From: Clostridium bovifaecis
GTDB taxonomy: Bacteria > Bacillota > Clostridia > Clostridiales > Clostridiaceae
Assembly: GCA_009738435.1 (NCBI GenBank)
Contig: CP046522.1
Coordinates: 185,249 to 217,248, forward strand
Direction: 5' to 3'
Length of the DNA stretch: 32,000 nt
In this document: positions 1 to 8,909 of the stretch, one piece after another
Layout of the letters: the number at the start of each line of letters is the position of its first letter
How positions within the stretch are numbered: the stretch's first letter is position 1
The notes under the pieces: generated by a model
What the model saw: only the letters and a program-made list of their open reading frames with translations
Databases searched by the model: none
What the model was told of the DNA's origin: nothing
Program-made: the position numbers and the translations under genes

Positions 1-1
1 G

Positions 2-757
2 ATGTCAAGGGTTGGAGAGGAAATAGAAAAATTGAATGAATATTCAAAAGAGATGAAGATGAATTCAGAAGATGTACTAAAAATAAACATGAATTCAAAG
101 ACCATAGTAAAAACTCTCTTCGACAAGACTGAGGAAAATGATAGAGAAGTGGAGATAGTTTCAAATATTATGGATGAGTTAAAAGAAAGCTCATCAAATA
201 TTGGAGCTATAATTGAAGCAATAAGCAATATTGCAGATCAAACAAACCTTCTTGCACTAAATGCAGCTATAGAAGCAGCAAGGGCTGGAGAGGCTGGAAG
301 AGGTTTTGCTGTAGTAGCTGAAGAAGTAAGAAAGCTTGCAGAACAATCAGCTAATTCGGCAAAACAAATAGAAGGAATTATAATAGACATACAAGATAAG
401 ACTAACGATGCTGTAAACATTGTTATAAATGTAAAGAAGGCAGTGCAAGAGCAAACTGTAGTGGTTAATGAGACAGGTGACACTTTCGAGAACATATCAA
501 AGAATATAGATAACATTGCAACAAAGATAGATAACATAAATAATTCCCTAGCAAGTATGAATAGAGAAAAGGAAGAAGTTATTCAAGATATTCAGAATGT
601 ATCAGCTGTTTCAGAAGAAACGGCAGCATCTTCGCAAGAAGTATCTGCAGCTACAGAAGAACAATCAGCTTCAATGCAAGAACTAGCTGGAGCTGTATCA
701 AACTTAAATTCTATGGTACAAGACTTATCAGAAGCGATAAAAACATTTAAAGTTTAG
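2..757 (+). CDS. Methyl-accepting chemotaxis protein, C-terminal signalling domain (5' end outside window)
   Basis: ORF is open to the window edge. It carries the invariant MCP hairpin-tip motif [38 protein letters not shown] and the typical MCP C-terminus ...[10 protein letters not shown]. Confidence 0.9.
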   Translation: MSRVGEEIEKLNEYSKEMKMNSEDVLKINMNSKTIVKTLFDKTEENDREVEIVSNIMDELKESSSNIGAIIEAISNIADQTNLLALNAAIEAARAGEAGRGFAVVAEEVRKLAEQSANSAKQIEGIIIDIQDKTNDAVNIVINVKKAVQEQTVVVNETGDTFENISKNIDNIATKIDNINNSLASMNREKEEVIQDIQNVSAVSEETAASSQEVSAATEEQSASMQELAGAVSNLNSMVQDLSEAIKTFKV

Positions 758-764
758 GGAAAAG

Positions 765-781
765 TCAGGGACAGTCCTGAA
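765..781. repeat. Copy of dispersed palindromic GGGACAGTCC repeat (TCAGGGACAGTCCTGAA)
   Basis: Read directly, 8 nt after the MCP stop codon. Same core as the copies at 831, 860, 10991, 11012, 11245, 12442 and 12698. Confidence 0.8.
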
Positions 782-820
782 TTGTTTAGCCTTTTATTTT
801 AAATTTCTAGCTAGAATATT

Positions 821-880
821 AAAACATTCAGGGACTGTCCCTTAATTTTTGCAAATTAAGGGACAGTCCCTGAATGTTTT
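821..880 (+). terminator. Long hairpin built from two inverted GGGACAGTCCC repeat copies; probable terminator of the MCP gene
   Basis: AAAACATTCAGGGACTGTCCC (821-841) is perfectly complementary to GGGACAGTCCCTGAATGTTTT (860-880). The 18-nt loop is itself palindromic. The T run sits at the 3' end of the right arm. Confidence 0.7.
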
Positions 881-972
881 ATACATAATAAATTAATTTT
901 GGTTATTAGGCTGTTTTTGTTTGTTTTTATGTGAAGTTGGGCTAAAATAGTAAGTAGATTTTATAAATAGAG

Positions 973-3900
973 GTGACATTATTGGTTCACATAAATGAGA
1001 GAACTATAAGGAACTTAACTAGCAGAACAATATATGAAAGAGGAGAGAGTTATTATCTTAGTGGAAATGTATTAGAAATTGATATAAAGGAACTTAGAGA
1101 AGGAAAAACTGGATTAGATATAATATCACTTAAAGGTAAAATTATGTCCGACGATAGAAAAAAGATATATACCTCTAGTGTTGCTATAACAGAATATGGT
1201 GGAATTATTAACATGGATTGCGATTGCTTGGCATTCACAAATTACTTCACTTCTGTTGGCATATGTAAGCATGTAGTAGCACTACTCTTAAAATACGTGA
1301 AAGAGAAAGATAGAATTATCAATATAAAGGGTTCTGGAGAAATGAAAAAGCTTATAGAAGAGCTAAGTCCTATTTATCAACTAACAGGAGATATTAGAAG
1401 AAATATAAAAATCGAGTATTCTTATGAATATATTAAATATAAAATGTATAACCTCCATGCCTTAGAGCTTAAGGTTGGAGAAAAGTCAACTTATGTTGTT
1501 AAGGGCTTAAAAGAATTTATTGAAACTATGCTAGAAGGAGAAGAGACTCTATATTTTGGAAAGAACTTTACTTATGATCCTAAAGTTCATATTTTAAGTG
1601 ACAATGATAAAAAAATCATGGATATACTCATAGAAGTCTATGAAATGAATGAGAGTCTTAAATATTCGGGAAACTCAAGCCTTTACAATAAGTTTATTAA
1701 AGGAAAGCGGATTTTCCTTACAGATAGTCAAATAAAAAGGGTTTTCCTTCACTTAAAAGATAGGCCTATTGGTTTTAAAGTACAATATGGAGAGAACATA
1801 ACAACATCAATTGTAGATAACGATATACCTTTAGAATATAGCATTTTACAGCAAAATGAAGGTTTTATCTTAAGACAAAATGGGCCTATGACAATACCTA
1901 TTACGAGGGATAAAGAATATATATTTTATAATGATAAGATATATAGGCTGTCGGAGGAACAAAAACAAGTATTTTCTGCCTTCTATAATTCATACAGGGA
2001 TAAAAGAGAAAAATCTATATTCCTTAGCGTAAAAGATAAAGAAGAAATCGCATCCTATGTAATACCTAGTCTGAGAAAAATTAGCTATGAGGTAAAGGTG
2101 GACCCTTTAATAACTCAGGATCTTTATGAGAAGCCGCTTAAAGTAAGTATTTACCTTGACAAAGAAAAAGAAGGGATTAGTGCAAAGGTTAAATGTTTTT
2201 ACGGAGATGTTGAAGTAAATCCTCTTAGTGGAGAAGGTGGAAAAGGGAATAAGGGGATTTTGGTTAGAGATATAATTGGTGAGTCAACGCCTATAAATAC
2301 CCTATTGACCTTAGGATTTCAAAAACAAAAGGATAAGCTTGTATTAAAGGACGAAGAATTTTTAATTGAGTTTATAACAAAGCATATTCAGACTTTAGAT
2401 GAATTAGGAGAAATATATTACTCAGAAGAATTTAAGAATGTACGAGTTCACAACACGCCCACTATAACTTCCAATATAAAATTAAATGAAGAGAATTTAC
2501 TAGAATTTGATTTTAATATTGAAGGGATAAATAAGGATGAGCTTAGGGACGTATTTAACGCAATAAAAGAGAAGAAGAAATACTACAAGCTTAAAAAGGG
2601 CGGTTTCATGCAATTACAATCTGATGAGCTTGAGAGTATATCTAATATGTTTGAGTATCTAAATATCAAAGAATCAGATTTTGAACAGGATAGGCTCCTC
2701 TTATCAAGATACAATGCATTATATATAAACGAGACAGCAGATAATAGAAACTTAGGCATAAAAAAGCATGATAGCTTTAAAAAACTCTTATCGGATGTAA
2801 AAGGCATGAAAGATAAAAATTTTGCGCCTAGTGATAATATCAACAAAATAATGAGAGAGTATCAAAAGTTCGGATTTAAGTGGCTAAAAACCTTGTCTAA
2901 ATGCGGCTTTGGAGGAATACTTGCAGATGAGATGGGACTTGGAAAGACTCTGCAGACAATAGCATTTATAGAATCTGAATTAAAAGAGAAAGAGGGAATG
3001 CCTTCTCTTATAATAGTGCCAACGTCCCTTGTATACAATTGGCAAGATGAGATTGAAAGATATGCACCGAACTTAAAAGCGCATATAATATCAGGAGATA
3101 AAAAGGAAAGGGTGTCACGGATTAAGGAAGTAACTAACTATGATGTAATTATAACGTCTTATCCTCTTATTAGAAGAGATATAGATGAATATCGAGATTT
3201 AAATTTTAAATACTGCATTTTAGATGAAGCTCAAAATATAAAAAATCCTAACTCTATGAATGCAAGAGCTGTAAAAGAGATAAAAGCAGAAGGGTATTTT
3301 GCTCTAACAGGAACGCCAATAGAAAACTCTTTGACAGAACTTTGGTCTATATTTGATTTTATTATGCCCGGATACCTGATGAACCACAATAGGTTTCAGC
3401 AAAAATATGAGATTCCAATATCGAAGAATAACAACAAGGTTGCCTTAGAAGAATTAAATTATCATATAAAACCATTTATACTAAGAAGATTGAAAAAAGA
3501 TGTAATAAAAGAATTACCACCTAAAATCGAGCATAAAATTTTGGTGGAAATGAGTAAGGAGCAAAAAAAAGTTTACGCTGCATATTTAGAACAATCTAAA
3601 GATGAGATAGAAAGTGAGATTCAAGAAAATGGGTTTAAGAAAAGCAAGCTAAAAATATTGGCAGTTCTTACTCGGCTTAGACAGATATGCGATGATCCTT
3701 CTACATTTATAGATAACTTTAAGGGTGAAAGTGGAAAAATTGAAGCTCTAGAGGATTTACTAGAGGAGAGCATAAGCTCTGGTCATAGAATTTTGTTATT
3801 TTCCCAATTTACTTCCGTGTTAAAAAATATTGAAAAGAGACTAAAGGAAGATTCCGTAGAGTATATGTATCTAGACGGAAAAACGAAAATGGAAGAAAGA

Positions 3901-4251
3901 TTGAGTATGGTTAAAGAATTCAATCGAGGTAAGGGTAAAGTATTTCTAATATCTCTAAAAGCCGGAGGAACAGGACTTAATTTAACTGGAGCTGATACAG
4001 TAATACATTTTGACCCATGGTGGAACCCAGCAGTGGAAGAGCAAGCTACAGATAGAGTTCATAGGATAGGTCAGGAAAATACTGTAGAGGTTATAAAGCT
4101 TATAGCCCGGGGAACTATTGAGGAAAAGATTTATAATCTTCAGCAAAAAAAGAAAGAAATAATAAACAGTATAATGGATTCAGAGGTTAAAGAGGAGAGC
4201 TTAATTTCTCAAATGAGTGAGGAAGAAATTAGGAATCTGTTAATTGGATAG
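973..4251 (+). CDS. SWIM zinc-finger / SNF2-family (RapA/HepA/YwqA-like) DEAD-like helicase
   Basis: N-terminal SWIM CxC...CxH signature (MDCDCLAFTNYFTSVGICKHVVALL). SNF2 motifs ILADEMGLGKTLQ (I), ILDEAQNIKN (II), ALTGTPIENS (III) and helicase-C LISLKAGGTGLNLTGADTVIHFDPWWNPAVEEQATDRVHRIGQ. The track start is GTG at 973; TTG at 982 is better spaced from the GAGGTG Shine-Dalgarno, so the start is uncertain by 3 codons. Confidence 0.9.
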   Translation: MTLLVHINERTIRNLTSRTIYERGESYYLSGNVLEIDIKELREGKTGLDIISLKGKIMSDDRKKIYTSSVAITEYGGIINMDCDCLAFTNYFTSVGICKHVVALLLKYVKEKDRIINIKGSGEMKKLIEELSPIYQLTGDIRRNIKIEYSYEYIKYKMYNLHALELKVGEKSTYVVKGLKEFIETMLEGEETLYFGKNFTYDPKVHILSDNDKKIMDILIEVYEMNESLKYSGNSSLYNKFIKGKRIFLTDSQIKRVFLHLKDRPIGFKVQYGENITTSIVDNDIPLEYSILQQNEGFILRQNGPMTIPITRDKEYIFYNDKIYRLSEEQKQVFSAFYNSYRDKREKSIFLSVKDKEEIASYVIPSLRKISYEVKVDPLITQDLYEKPLKVSIYLDKEKEGISAKVKCFYGDVEVNPLSGEGGKGNKGILVRDIIGESTPINTLLTLGFQKQKDKLVLKDEEFLIEFITKHIQTLDELGEIYYSEEFKNVRVHNTPTITSNIKLNEENLLEFDFNIEGINKDELRDVFNAIKEKKKYYKLKKGGFMQLQSDELESISNMFEYLNIKESDFEQDRLLLSRYNALYINETADNRNLGIKKHDSFKKLLSDVKGMKDKNFAPSDNINKIMREYQKFGFKWLKTLSKCGFGGILADEMGLGKTLQTIAFIESELKEKEGMPSLIIVPTSLVYNWQDEIERYAPNLKAHIISGDKKERVSRIKEVTNYDVIITSYPLIRRDIDEYRDLNFKYCILDEAQNIKNPNSMNARAVKEIKAEGYFALTGTPIENSLTELWSIFDFIMPGYLMNHNRFQQKYEIPISKNNNKVALEELNYHIKPFILRRLKKDVIKELPPKIEHKILVEMSKEQKKVYAAYLEQSKDEIESEIQENGFKKSKLKILAVLTRLRQICDDPSTFIDNFKGESGKIEALEDLLEESISSGHRILLFSQFTSVLKNIEKRLKEDSVEYMYLDGKTKMEERLSMVKEFNRGKGKVFLISLKAGGTGLNLTGADTVIHFDPWWNPAVEEQATDRVHRIGQENTVEVIKLIARGTIEEKIYNLQQKKKEIINSIMDSEVKEESLISQMSEEEIRNLLIG

Positions 4252-5780
4252 GCTCTGTAAAAAGTTTTGTGTAAACTTAATATAAAAACTCCTTCTTGTT
4301 AATAATCGAAATAACAATATATTACAGGGAGGAGTTTTTTATATGGGAAACATGTCGGAAGAATTATTGAGAGAATATATTAAGGAACAGGACTTTACTA
4401 GTGTTAATGATATACTGAATGGATTAAAGGAAATGTTTAGAGATGTTTTACAGGAGGCTTTGGAAGCTGAAATGGATGAAGCCCTAGGCTATGGAAAGTA
4501 TAATACTGAAGAAAAGGCTATTGATAATAGTAGAAATGGTTATTCAAAGAAGACTGTTAAAACAGAATTAGGTCCAGTAGAAATTAACATACCAAGAGAT
4601 AGGAATGGCGATTTTGAGCCTAAGATAGTACCGAAACATCAGAGGACAGTTAATGGCATAGAAGACAAAATACTTTCTTTATATGCAACTGGAATGACAA
4701 CTAGAGATATATCAGAGCAAATAAAGGTACTATACGGAGTAGAGGTTAGCGCAGACACTGTGTCTAATATAACAAATAGGATACTGCCACTGGTATCAGA
4801 ATGGCAGAGTAGGCCATTGGATAGCATATATTCCTTTATATTTATGGATGCTATACACTATAAGGTAAGAGAAGATAAACAAATTGTAGTTAAGGCTGCC
4901 TATGTAGTTGTAGGTGTAACCTTAGATGGTCATAAAGAAGTTTTAGGCATATGGATAGGAGCTAATGAAAGCAGTAAATTCTGGTTATCTGTATTAAACG
5001 ATCTTAAAAATAGAGGTGTTCAAAATGTACTTATCTTTTGTGTTGATGGCTTAAACGGCTTTAAGGAAGCTATAGGAGCTACCTTTCCGTTCTCAAAGAT
5101 ACAAAGATGTATAATACACCAAATAAGATCAAGTATGAAGTACATTCCATATAAAGATAGAAAAGCTTTTGTTAGCGACTTAAAAGGAGTGTATGGTGCT
5201 GTTAATGAAGAAGTTGCTATGGAAAATTTGCTAGCGCTAAAGGGAAAATGGTCAGATAGGTATCCCAGTGCAGTTAAAAGCTGGGAGGACAATTGGGATA
5301 ATCTAAGCACATTTTTCGCATTCCCAAATAACATACGTAAAATAATATATACTACAAACATAATAGAGAGCTTAAATAGCCAGTTTAGAAAAGTTACAAA
5401 AACAAAATTGATCTTTCCAAACGACGAGAGTCTCTTGAAGATGCTCTACCTAGCGGTTGAACGAATAAGTAAAAGGTGGATCAGAAACTACCCAGATTGG
5501 GATTTAGTTATTAATCAGCTTAATATAGTTTTCAGCGAAGTGTTACACCAAAAGGCGCAATAAAAAAGAACCCTAAGTGAAAATGCATTGATATCAGAGC
5601 TCTTCAATATTTTTTCCCTAGGTATATTATTGCCACAAATCGGAGATAATATACCTAGAGAATAAAAGGTTTATTAACCATAATTTTCCGTAAACTGATA
5701 AAAGTTCAGCAAACTAGATTATTAAATCAAAGGTTATTTTCAATAAGAAAATTAGAATACACAAAAATATTTACAGCCTC
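4251..5780 (+). mobile_element. IS256-family insertion sequence (about 1.53 kb) with imperfect terminal inverted repeats and 8-bp target duplication
   Basis: Left end is GGCTCTGTAAAAAGTTTTGTGT. The reverse complement of the right end is GAGGCTGTAAATATTTTTGTGT (17/22 identical). Direct repeat ATTGGATA at 4243-4250 and 5781-5788. A single transposase ORF lies inside. Confidence 0.85.
4343..5563 (+). CDS. IS256-family (Mutator-type) transposase
   Basis: 406 aa with the typical IS256 layout: N-terminal ...EAEMDEALGY..., NGYSKKTVKTELGPVEINIPRDRNGDFEP, catalytic-region FMDAIHYKVRE and CVDGLNGFKEAI, and C-terminal YTTNIIESLNSQFRK. Strong RBS AGGGAGGAG upstream. Confidence 0.93.
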   Translation: MGNMSEELLREYIKEQDFTSVNDILNGLKEMFRDVLQEALEAEMDEALGYGKYNTEEKAIDNSRNGYSKKTVKTELGPVEINIPRDRNGDFEPKIVPKHQRTVNGIEDKILSLYATGMTTRDISEQIKVLYGVEVSADTVSNITNRILPLVSEWQSRPLDSIYSFIFMDAIHYKVREDKQIVVKAAYVVVGVTLDGHKEVLGIWIGANESSKFWLSVLNDLKNRGVQNVLIFCVDGLNGFKEAIGATFPFSKIQRCIIHQIRSSMKYIPYKDRKAFVSDLKGVYGAVNEEVAMENLLALKGKWSDRYPSAVKSWEDNWDNLSTFFAFPNNIRKIIYTTNIIESLNSQFRKVTKTKLIFPNDESLLKMLYLAVERISKRWIRNYPDWDLVINQLNIVFSEVLHQKAQ

Positions 5781-5877
5781 ATTGGATAAGACTAATTTTA
5801 CAGCACTATACTTAATATTTACTCTAACTATTGATAGAGATGAGCGCCATATATATGGGGTATATAATATTGATTAC

Positions 5878-5919
5878 AAAAAGCAGTAAGGTTGACTAAT
5901 ATCAACCCTACTGCTTTTT
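5878..5919. terminator. Bidirectional hairpin terminator between the convergent SNF2 and deacetylase genes
   Basis: AAAAAGCAGTAAGGTTGA / TCAACCCTACTGCTTTTT pair at 17 of 18 positions. A run on one side and T run on the other. Overlaps the deacetylase stop codon. Confidence 0.65.
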
Positions 5920-6796
5920 ATTGTTGTTCAAGAGTTTTAAACTCATAACCTTGACTTTTTAAGTACTCTATTACTTGAGGAAGGGAGTCGGCAGTTGTTT
6001 TCTTAGTTGCAGCATCGTGCATTAGTATGACAACGTGTCTTTTGTTTTTAGTAGATTCCTTTACCCTTTCTATAAGTGTAGAGGCTGGTACATTTAAACG
6101 TTCTGCATCGCCATTTAATGCATTCCAATCTATATAGGTATATCCTGCTTTCTTTACAGCTTCTCTATAGGCAGCTCTCTTTGATCCGAAAGACCCTCCA
6201 GGAAAACGTATTATTTTGCTACTATGTTCTCCTAATATAGAAGCGAGCACTTGATCGCCCTTTTCTAAGTCTTTTAGAAAGTTAGAAGGATTGTTGTATA
6301 TATATTTATAATCATGAGAATAAGTGTGGTTAGCAACAGCATGCCCTTTTTCTTTTTCTTCCTTAATTATCTCGGGATGTTTTTCTGCGTTTTGACCTAT
6401 AACAAAAAATGTAGCTTTAATATTATACTCATCTAAAATCTTCAATATTCTAGGAGTTATATTAGTGGTTGGACCATCATCAAAGGTTAAGAAAGCTTCT
6501 TTCTTAGGCTCAGAATCATCAACAGGCTTAGTGTCAGCTGTACCGGGACTGTTAGGATTAACTTTTGAATTATCGCTTGTCTCATTTTTATCCGAAGAAT
6601 CGGGAGCTTTTGCAGCATCATCAGTAGATGTATTTTTAGAGCTATCGTTAGTATTATCAGCGTCATCCACCTTTTCTTTATTATTATCAGGAGTCTTCTC
6701 AATAGGGTTTGCCTGCAAAGATTCATTAGGTGGAGCTGAAGAAGGTTTTTTTAACAATTTGCTTCCAGCTATAAAGCCCATGGAGAACAAAAACAT
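5918..6796 (-). CDS. Polysaccharide deacetylase (NodB / CE4 family), membrane-anchored, with a low-complexity D/S/N/K linker
   Basis: NodB motifs FLTFDDGP and HTYSHDY, with LMHD near the C-terminus. The N-terminus of the called ORF (MFLFSMGFIAGSKLL) looks like a truncated signal anchor; see the frameshift finding. Confidence 0.87.
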   Translation of the reverse strand: MFLFSMGFIAGSKLLKKPSSAPPNESLQANPIEKTPDNNKEKVDDADNTNDSSKNTSTDDAAKAPDSSDKNETSDNSKVNPNSPGTADTKPVDDSEPKKEAFLTFDDGPTTNITPRILKILDEYNIKATFFVIGQNAEKHPEIIKEEKEKGHAVANHTYSHDYKYIYNNPSNFLKDLEKGDQVLASILGEHSSKIIRFPGGSFGSKRAAYREAVKKAGYTYIDWNALNGDAERLNVPASTLIERVKESTKNKRHVVILMHDAATKKTTADSLPQVIEYLKSQGYEFKTLEQQ

Positions 6797-7249
6797 AAAG
6801 CTTATTATTAAAACAAAAGTTTTTTTTATATTTTTTTTCTAAATGAATTTCTCAAAGTTATCCCATCCCTTATAAGTATTTAATAGTATATTTGTATAAA
6901 GATAGACTATGTAAATGGTGCTTCTAGGTTTATCCTGATAATTGAGTTACTGGATAAGTTGTTATGTAATATTATATATGTAACTTAAAATGCGTACCAT
7001 TTAATCCGCAGTTACTTTTTAAAAAGATAGTGCCTTATAATTGAATTTTAATGAAATTAATTTATCTATAATTATTACCTCCCATAAAATGAAGCCCTTG
7101 CGTATTCGAACAAATTAGAATATAGAAATACGTTCCTATTTACTAGACGACTCAAATCACAAAAAAGTTCCTATATTGACAAATTTTATTAACATTCTGT
7201 TATTATATTTGTACAGAACATCAAATTTTACTTTAATTATCTAAAAAGC

Positions 7250-7811
7250 TTACATAGAAAGTGTTTCTATAATTCCAACATTCCTTAATTTAGTATAAGG
7301 GTGAGAGGTATGATATTGTATCAATAAGTTTTTGATCTTAATAGTATCTTTTTCGGTGTTAAAGATTTGTAGCGATGTAAGCCAATGCATATAATTACCA
7401 AGATATTGAGTTATAGCACCACACCCATTTCTTGAGTTTACTATGGAAAGCGTTAATGTGCTGTATATAATAAATGCCTCTTTATGGTTACCATATTTAA
7501 TATGTTGTAGCTCAATACCTAAGTTTTGTGCAAACTAAATACAACTCTTATGTAAGCCAGTACAAAGAATGGGAGCACCATCAATTCTGTCATCAAAGAG
7601 CTTTTCCAAATCCGTATGTTTCATTCTACTTTTACATATTAGTTTATTGATGGTATTTGCTGCTTTATCCATAGCAAAGGATACAGAACTGTCCCTTTGA
7701 AATACTCACTTTTTTCTTTTCATTATCGCCACTTTTGCTGCCCTTAAAGTCTCATTGTAATTTAATATAACCTACAGTTAAAATAGCTTGTACTAAGAAT
7801 ATCATAATCAT
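7250..7811 (-). pseudogene. Decayed gene of unknown function (multiple lesions)
   Basis: My own minus-strand translation gives a 19-codon hydrophobic sORF MIMIFLVQAILTVGYIKLQ (7811-7752) ending in TGA. The frame then stays open for 28 more codons. After a frame change there is a 141-codon frame (7672-7250), MDKAANTINKL...GIIETLSM, broken by one in-frame TAG at 7537-7535. No family recognised. Confidence 0.4.
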
Positions 7812-8024
7812 TATACCACCTTCTGCGAAATTTGCATTATTAAATTTGTCTAAACTACAAAGTCAATATTTAACAAATAATAAACTTGAACTTTTTTGTA
7901 GATGAAATAAGAAAATTGACTAATACTACTAAAAATCAATTTTGTTGTGTTTATAAAAACAAAGTAATATAATAGATTAAAGTGGGAATATTAGTTAATA
8001 ATTGTAATGTAGATTTTTATAAAG

Positions 8025-8501
8025 ATGAGGTGGCATATGGTAGGAAAAGGGTTAAGATTGCAAAAAATTTCTAATGAGCCTATAGCTCAGGTATTGAATA
8101 GATTTATAGAAGGATATGTAGCACATAAAGAAGTTGCTTTAAGCAGTCTTTGCATTCATGAAGAAGTTAAACATTTAATAGCGGCTTTAGAGAATGAAAA
8201 AGCAACACATTTCAAAAATAATGAATCCTTAGATAGGATTAATGAAATTCTAAGTGACATGTTAAAGAGAGAAGATATTTCACAAGAGGAAAGAAAAGAT
8301 ATATACAGGCTATTAAGTCAAATAAGCAATATTCATAGAGAAAGTCAGCTTCAAAAATCTAGACATGTAACTTCAAGAGTTATAACAGCAATGGGAATCG
8401 CGGGTTCAGTTGCAATTTCTATAGGGAGTATTTTACTTCATGAAAAGTATAAAACTCAGAGAGAAAGAGAAAAGTGGAATAATTACTTTGAGAGAAGATA
8501 A
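8025..8501 (+). CDS. Hypothetical protein with a C-terminal transmembrane helix
   Basis: 158-aa ORF with a hydrophobic segment VITAMGIAGSVAISIGSILL near the C-terminus. An alternative ATG at 8037 lies just after GAGGTGG. No family recognised. Confidence 0.5.
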   Translation: MRWHMVGKGLRLQKISNEPIAQVLNRFIEGYVAHKEVALSSLCIHEEVKHLIAALENEKATHFKNNESLDRINEILSDMLKREDISQEERKDIYRLLSQISNIHRESQLQKSRHVTSRVITAMGIAGSVAISIGSILLHEKYKTQREREKWNNYFERR

Positions 8502-8506
8502 TAATA

Positions 8507-8535
8507 TTGACATATTAGGTAATTTGTCATAATAT
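8507..8535 (+). promoter_or_regulatory. SigA-type promoter for the metG T-box leader
   Basis: TTGACA (8507-8512), 17-nt spacer, TAATAT (8530-8535). Confidence 0.55.
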
Positions 8536-8544
8536 TTTATATAA

Positions 8545-8836
8545 GAATTTATATGAGCTAAATGCATTGAAAAGAAGAGTAGCAAATGAAAGTATCTAAA
8601 AGAGAGCTAGGGAAGGTGAAAGCTAGCGGTATGGAAGTTTGTGAAGATGGCCTTGGAGCATATGGTCTGAAGATTTAAGATCATACGGATGCAGCCGTTA
8701 TAACTGCAGGGTGATGAAATTAATCTAGGTTAAGGAGTCACTTATAGAGGTTTTTGGTGTGAATCAAAAACAAATTAGAGTGGTAACGCGTAAATTACGC
8801 CTCTAAGCAGAGAAAGTCTGCTTAGAGGTTTTTTTA
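8545..8836 (+). promoter_or_regulatory. T-box riboswitch leader, methionine specifier, with intrinsic terminator
   Basis: Stem I elements AGAGA / AGTA / GGTGAAAG. Candidate specifier AUG at 8631-8633. Conserved T-box sequence AAATTAGAGTGGTAACGCG at 8772-8790. Terminator CCTCTAAGCAG/CTGCTTAGAGG (8800-8828) plus a T run. Sits directly upstream of metG. Confidence 0.85.
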
Positions 8837-8909
8837 TTAATATAAATCAGTTGTATAAATAAGTGAAAGGTGAATCCATACTTTTCACCTAAAAAGAGGA
8901 GGAAGAAAA

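Noticed and set aside
973-5780. SWIM/SNF2 helicase next to an IS as a possible defence island
   Set aside because: No partner genes typical of SNF2-containing defence systems (methyltransferase, nuclease, phospholipase D, DUF genes in an operon) are present. The architecture matches the widespread YwqA/RapA-like housekeeping helicase. The IS is a simple insertion with its own target duplication.
7535-7537. In-frame TAG considered as a possible pyrrolysine or programmed readthrough codon
   Set aside because: No pyl genes or PYLIS-like context are visible. The surrounding region carries other lesions (a TGA and a frameshift), so a nonsense mutation in a decaying gene is the simpler explanation.
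8800-8828. TAAGCAGAGA inside the T-box terminator stem (and TTAAGCAG in the 22381-22410 palindrome) as extra copies of the bipartite leader motif
   Set aside because: Only box 1 is present, the AATCTRTGATT box is missing, and the sequence is fully explained as one strand of a terminator stem. Noted as possibly related but not counted.
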